A model generated the notes under the pieces. The model ran no database searches, was not told the origin of the DNA, and saw only the letters and a list, made by a program, of their open reading frames with translations. A program made the translations under genes and the position numbers. A DNA stretch of 64,000 nt from Camelus ferus. Its lineage: Eukaryota. Positions 63,961 through 64,000 of the stretch are shown here, piece after piece. Within the stretch, counting starts at the first letter, position 1; every line of letters begins with the position of its first letter. The DNA is taken from assembly GCF_009834535.1 (NCBI RefSeq), contig NC_045712.1:1674001-1738000 (forward strand), read 5' to 3'.

Positions 63961-64000
63961 AGCTCTCCTAAACGATTTCAAATTGACTTTTTAATTATCG

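Larger units (their letters stand above)
1..64000 (-). other. ITPR1: Partial ITPR1 gene body (13 internal coding exons plus introns); both gene ends lie outside the window
   Basis: 13 exons with AG acceptors and GT donors (one GC donor) join in frame into a peptide I recognise as IP3 receptor type 1. ITPR1-diagnostic landmarks keep their expected spacing: Ca-sensor Glu in AIMESRH, GLGLLG ATP-binding motif, luminal sequons NET and NCS, luminal Cys pair 8 residues apart. Confidence 0.98.

Noticed and set aside
39787-64000. Searched for the preceding ITPR1 exon (ending ...LLEGGNTTIQ) and for additional coding exons or a nested protein-coding gene
   Set aside because: No matching peptide seen in any frame; consistent with one long intron whose upstream exon is beyond the window.
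1-64000. AP-1 heptamers (TGASTCA) at about 1648, 5405, 9494, 13889, 16619, 22158, 22341, 58899 and 62880
   Set aside because: About 8 are expected by chance in 64 kb; the observed number is similar and unclustered.
1-64000. tRNA, rRNA, snoRNA or miRNA genes, CRISPR arrays, intact transposases or retroviral ORFs, or any new multi-gene system
   Set aside because: None recognised by eye. This is a eukaryotic gene body with only decayed repeats. Small structured RNAs cannot be excluded without an Infernal/Rfam search.

Overview
Mammalian genomic DNA lying entirely inside one large gene on the minus strand: ITPR1 (type 1 inositol 1,4,5-trisphosphate receptor). I traced 13 consecutive coding exons by hand (39786 down to 429; 2,017 nt, about 672 codons, frame continuous, no stops). 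They cover roughly residues 1840-2511 in mouse 2749-aa numbering (numbering from memory), i.e. the distal regulatory/ARM3 Ca2+-sensing region, most transmembrane helices and the start of the luminal loop. Bases 39787-64000 belong to one intron of at least 24 kb whose upstream exon is outside the window. The rest is intronic, with old MIR/L2/L1M/hAT/MaLR relics, a few younger L1 3' ends, microsatellites and three N gaps. Repeat content suggests a cetartiodactyl, most likely a camelid (inference). I found no evidence for a new multi-gene system; apart from those overlapping ITPR1 exons, the ORF-track entries look like noise. Best leads: (1) the caspase-3 motif DEVD reads DEAD here; (2) a short antisense L1 fragment inserted into the polypyrimidine tract of an essential channel exon; (3) a GC-AG intron with a competing +4 GT; (4) an antisense spliced-lncRNA-like segment with a canonical kappaB site, roughly where human EGOT lies; (5) several intragenic promoter-like motif clusters.
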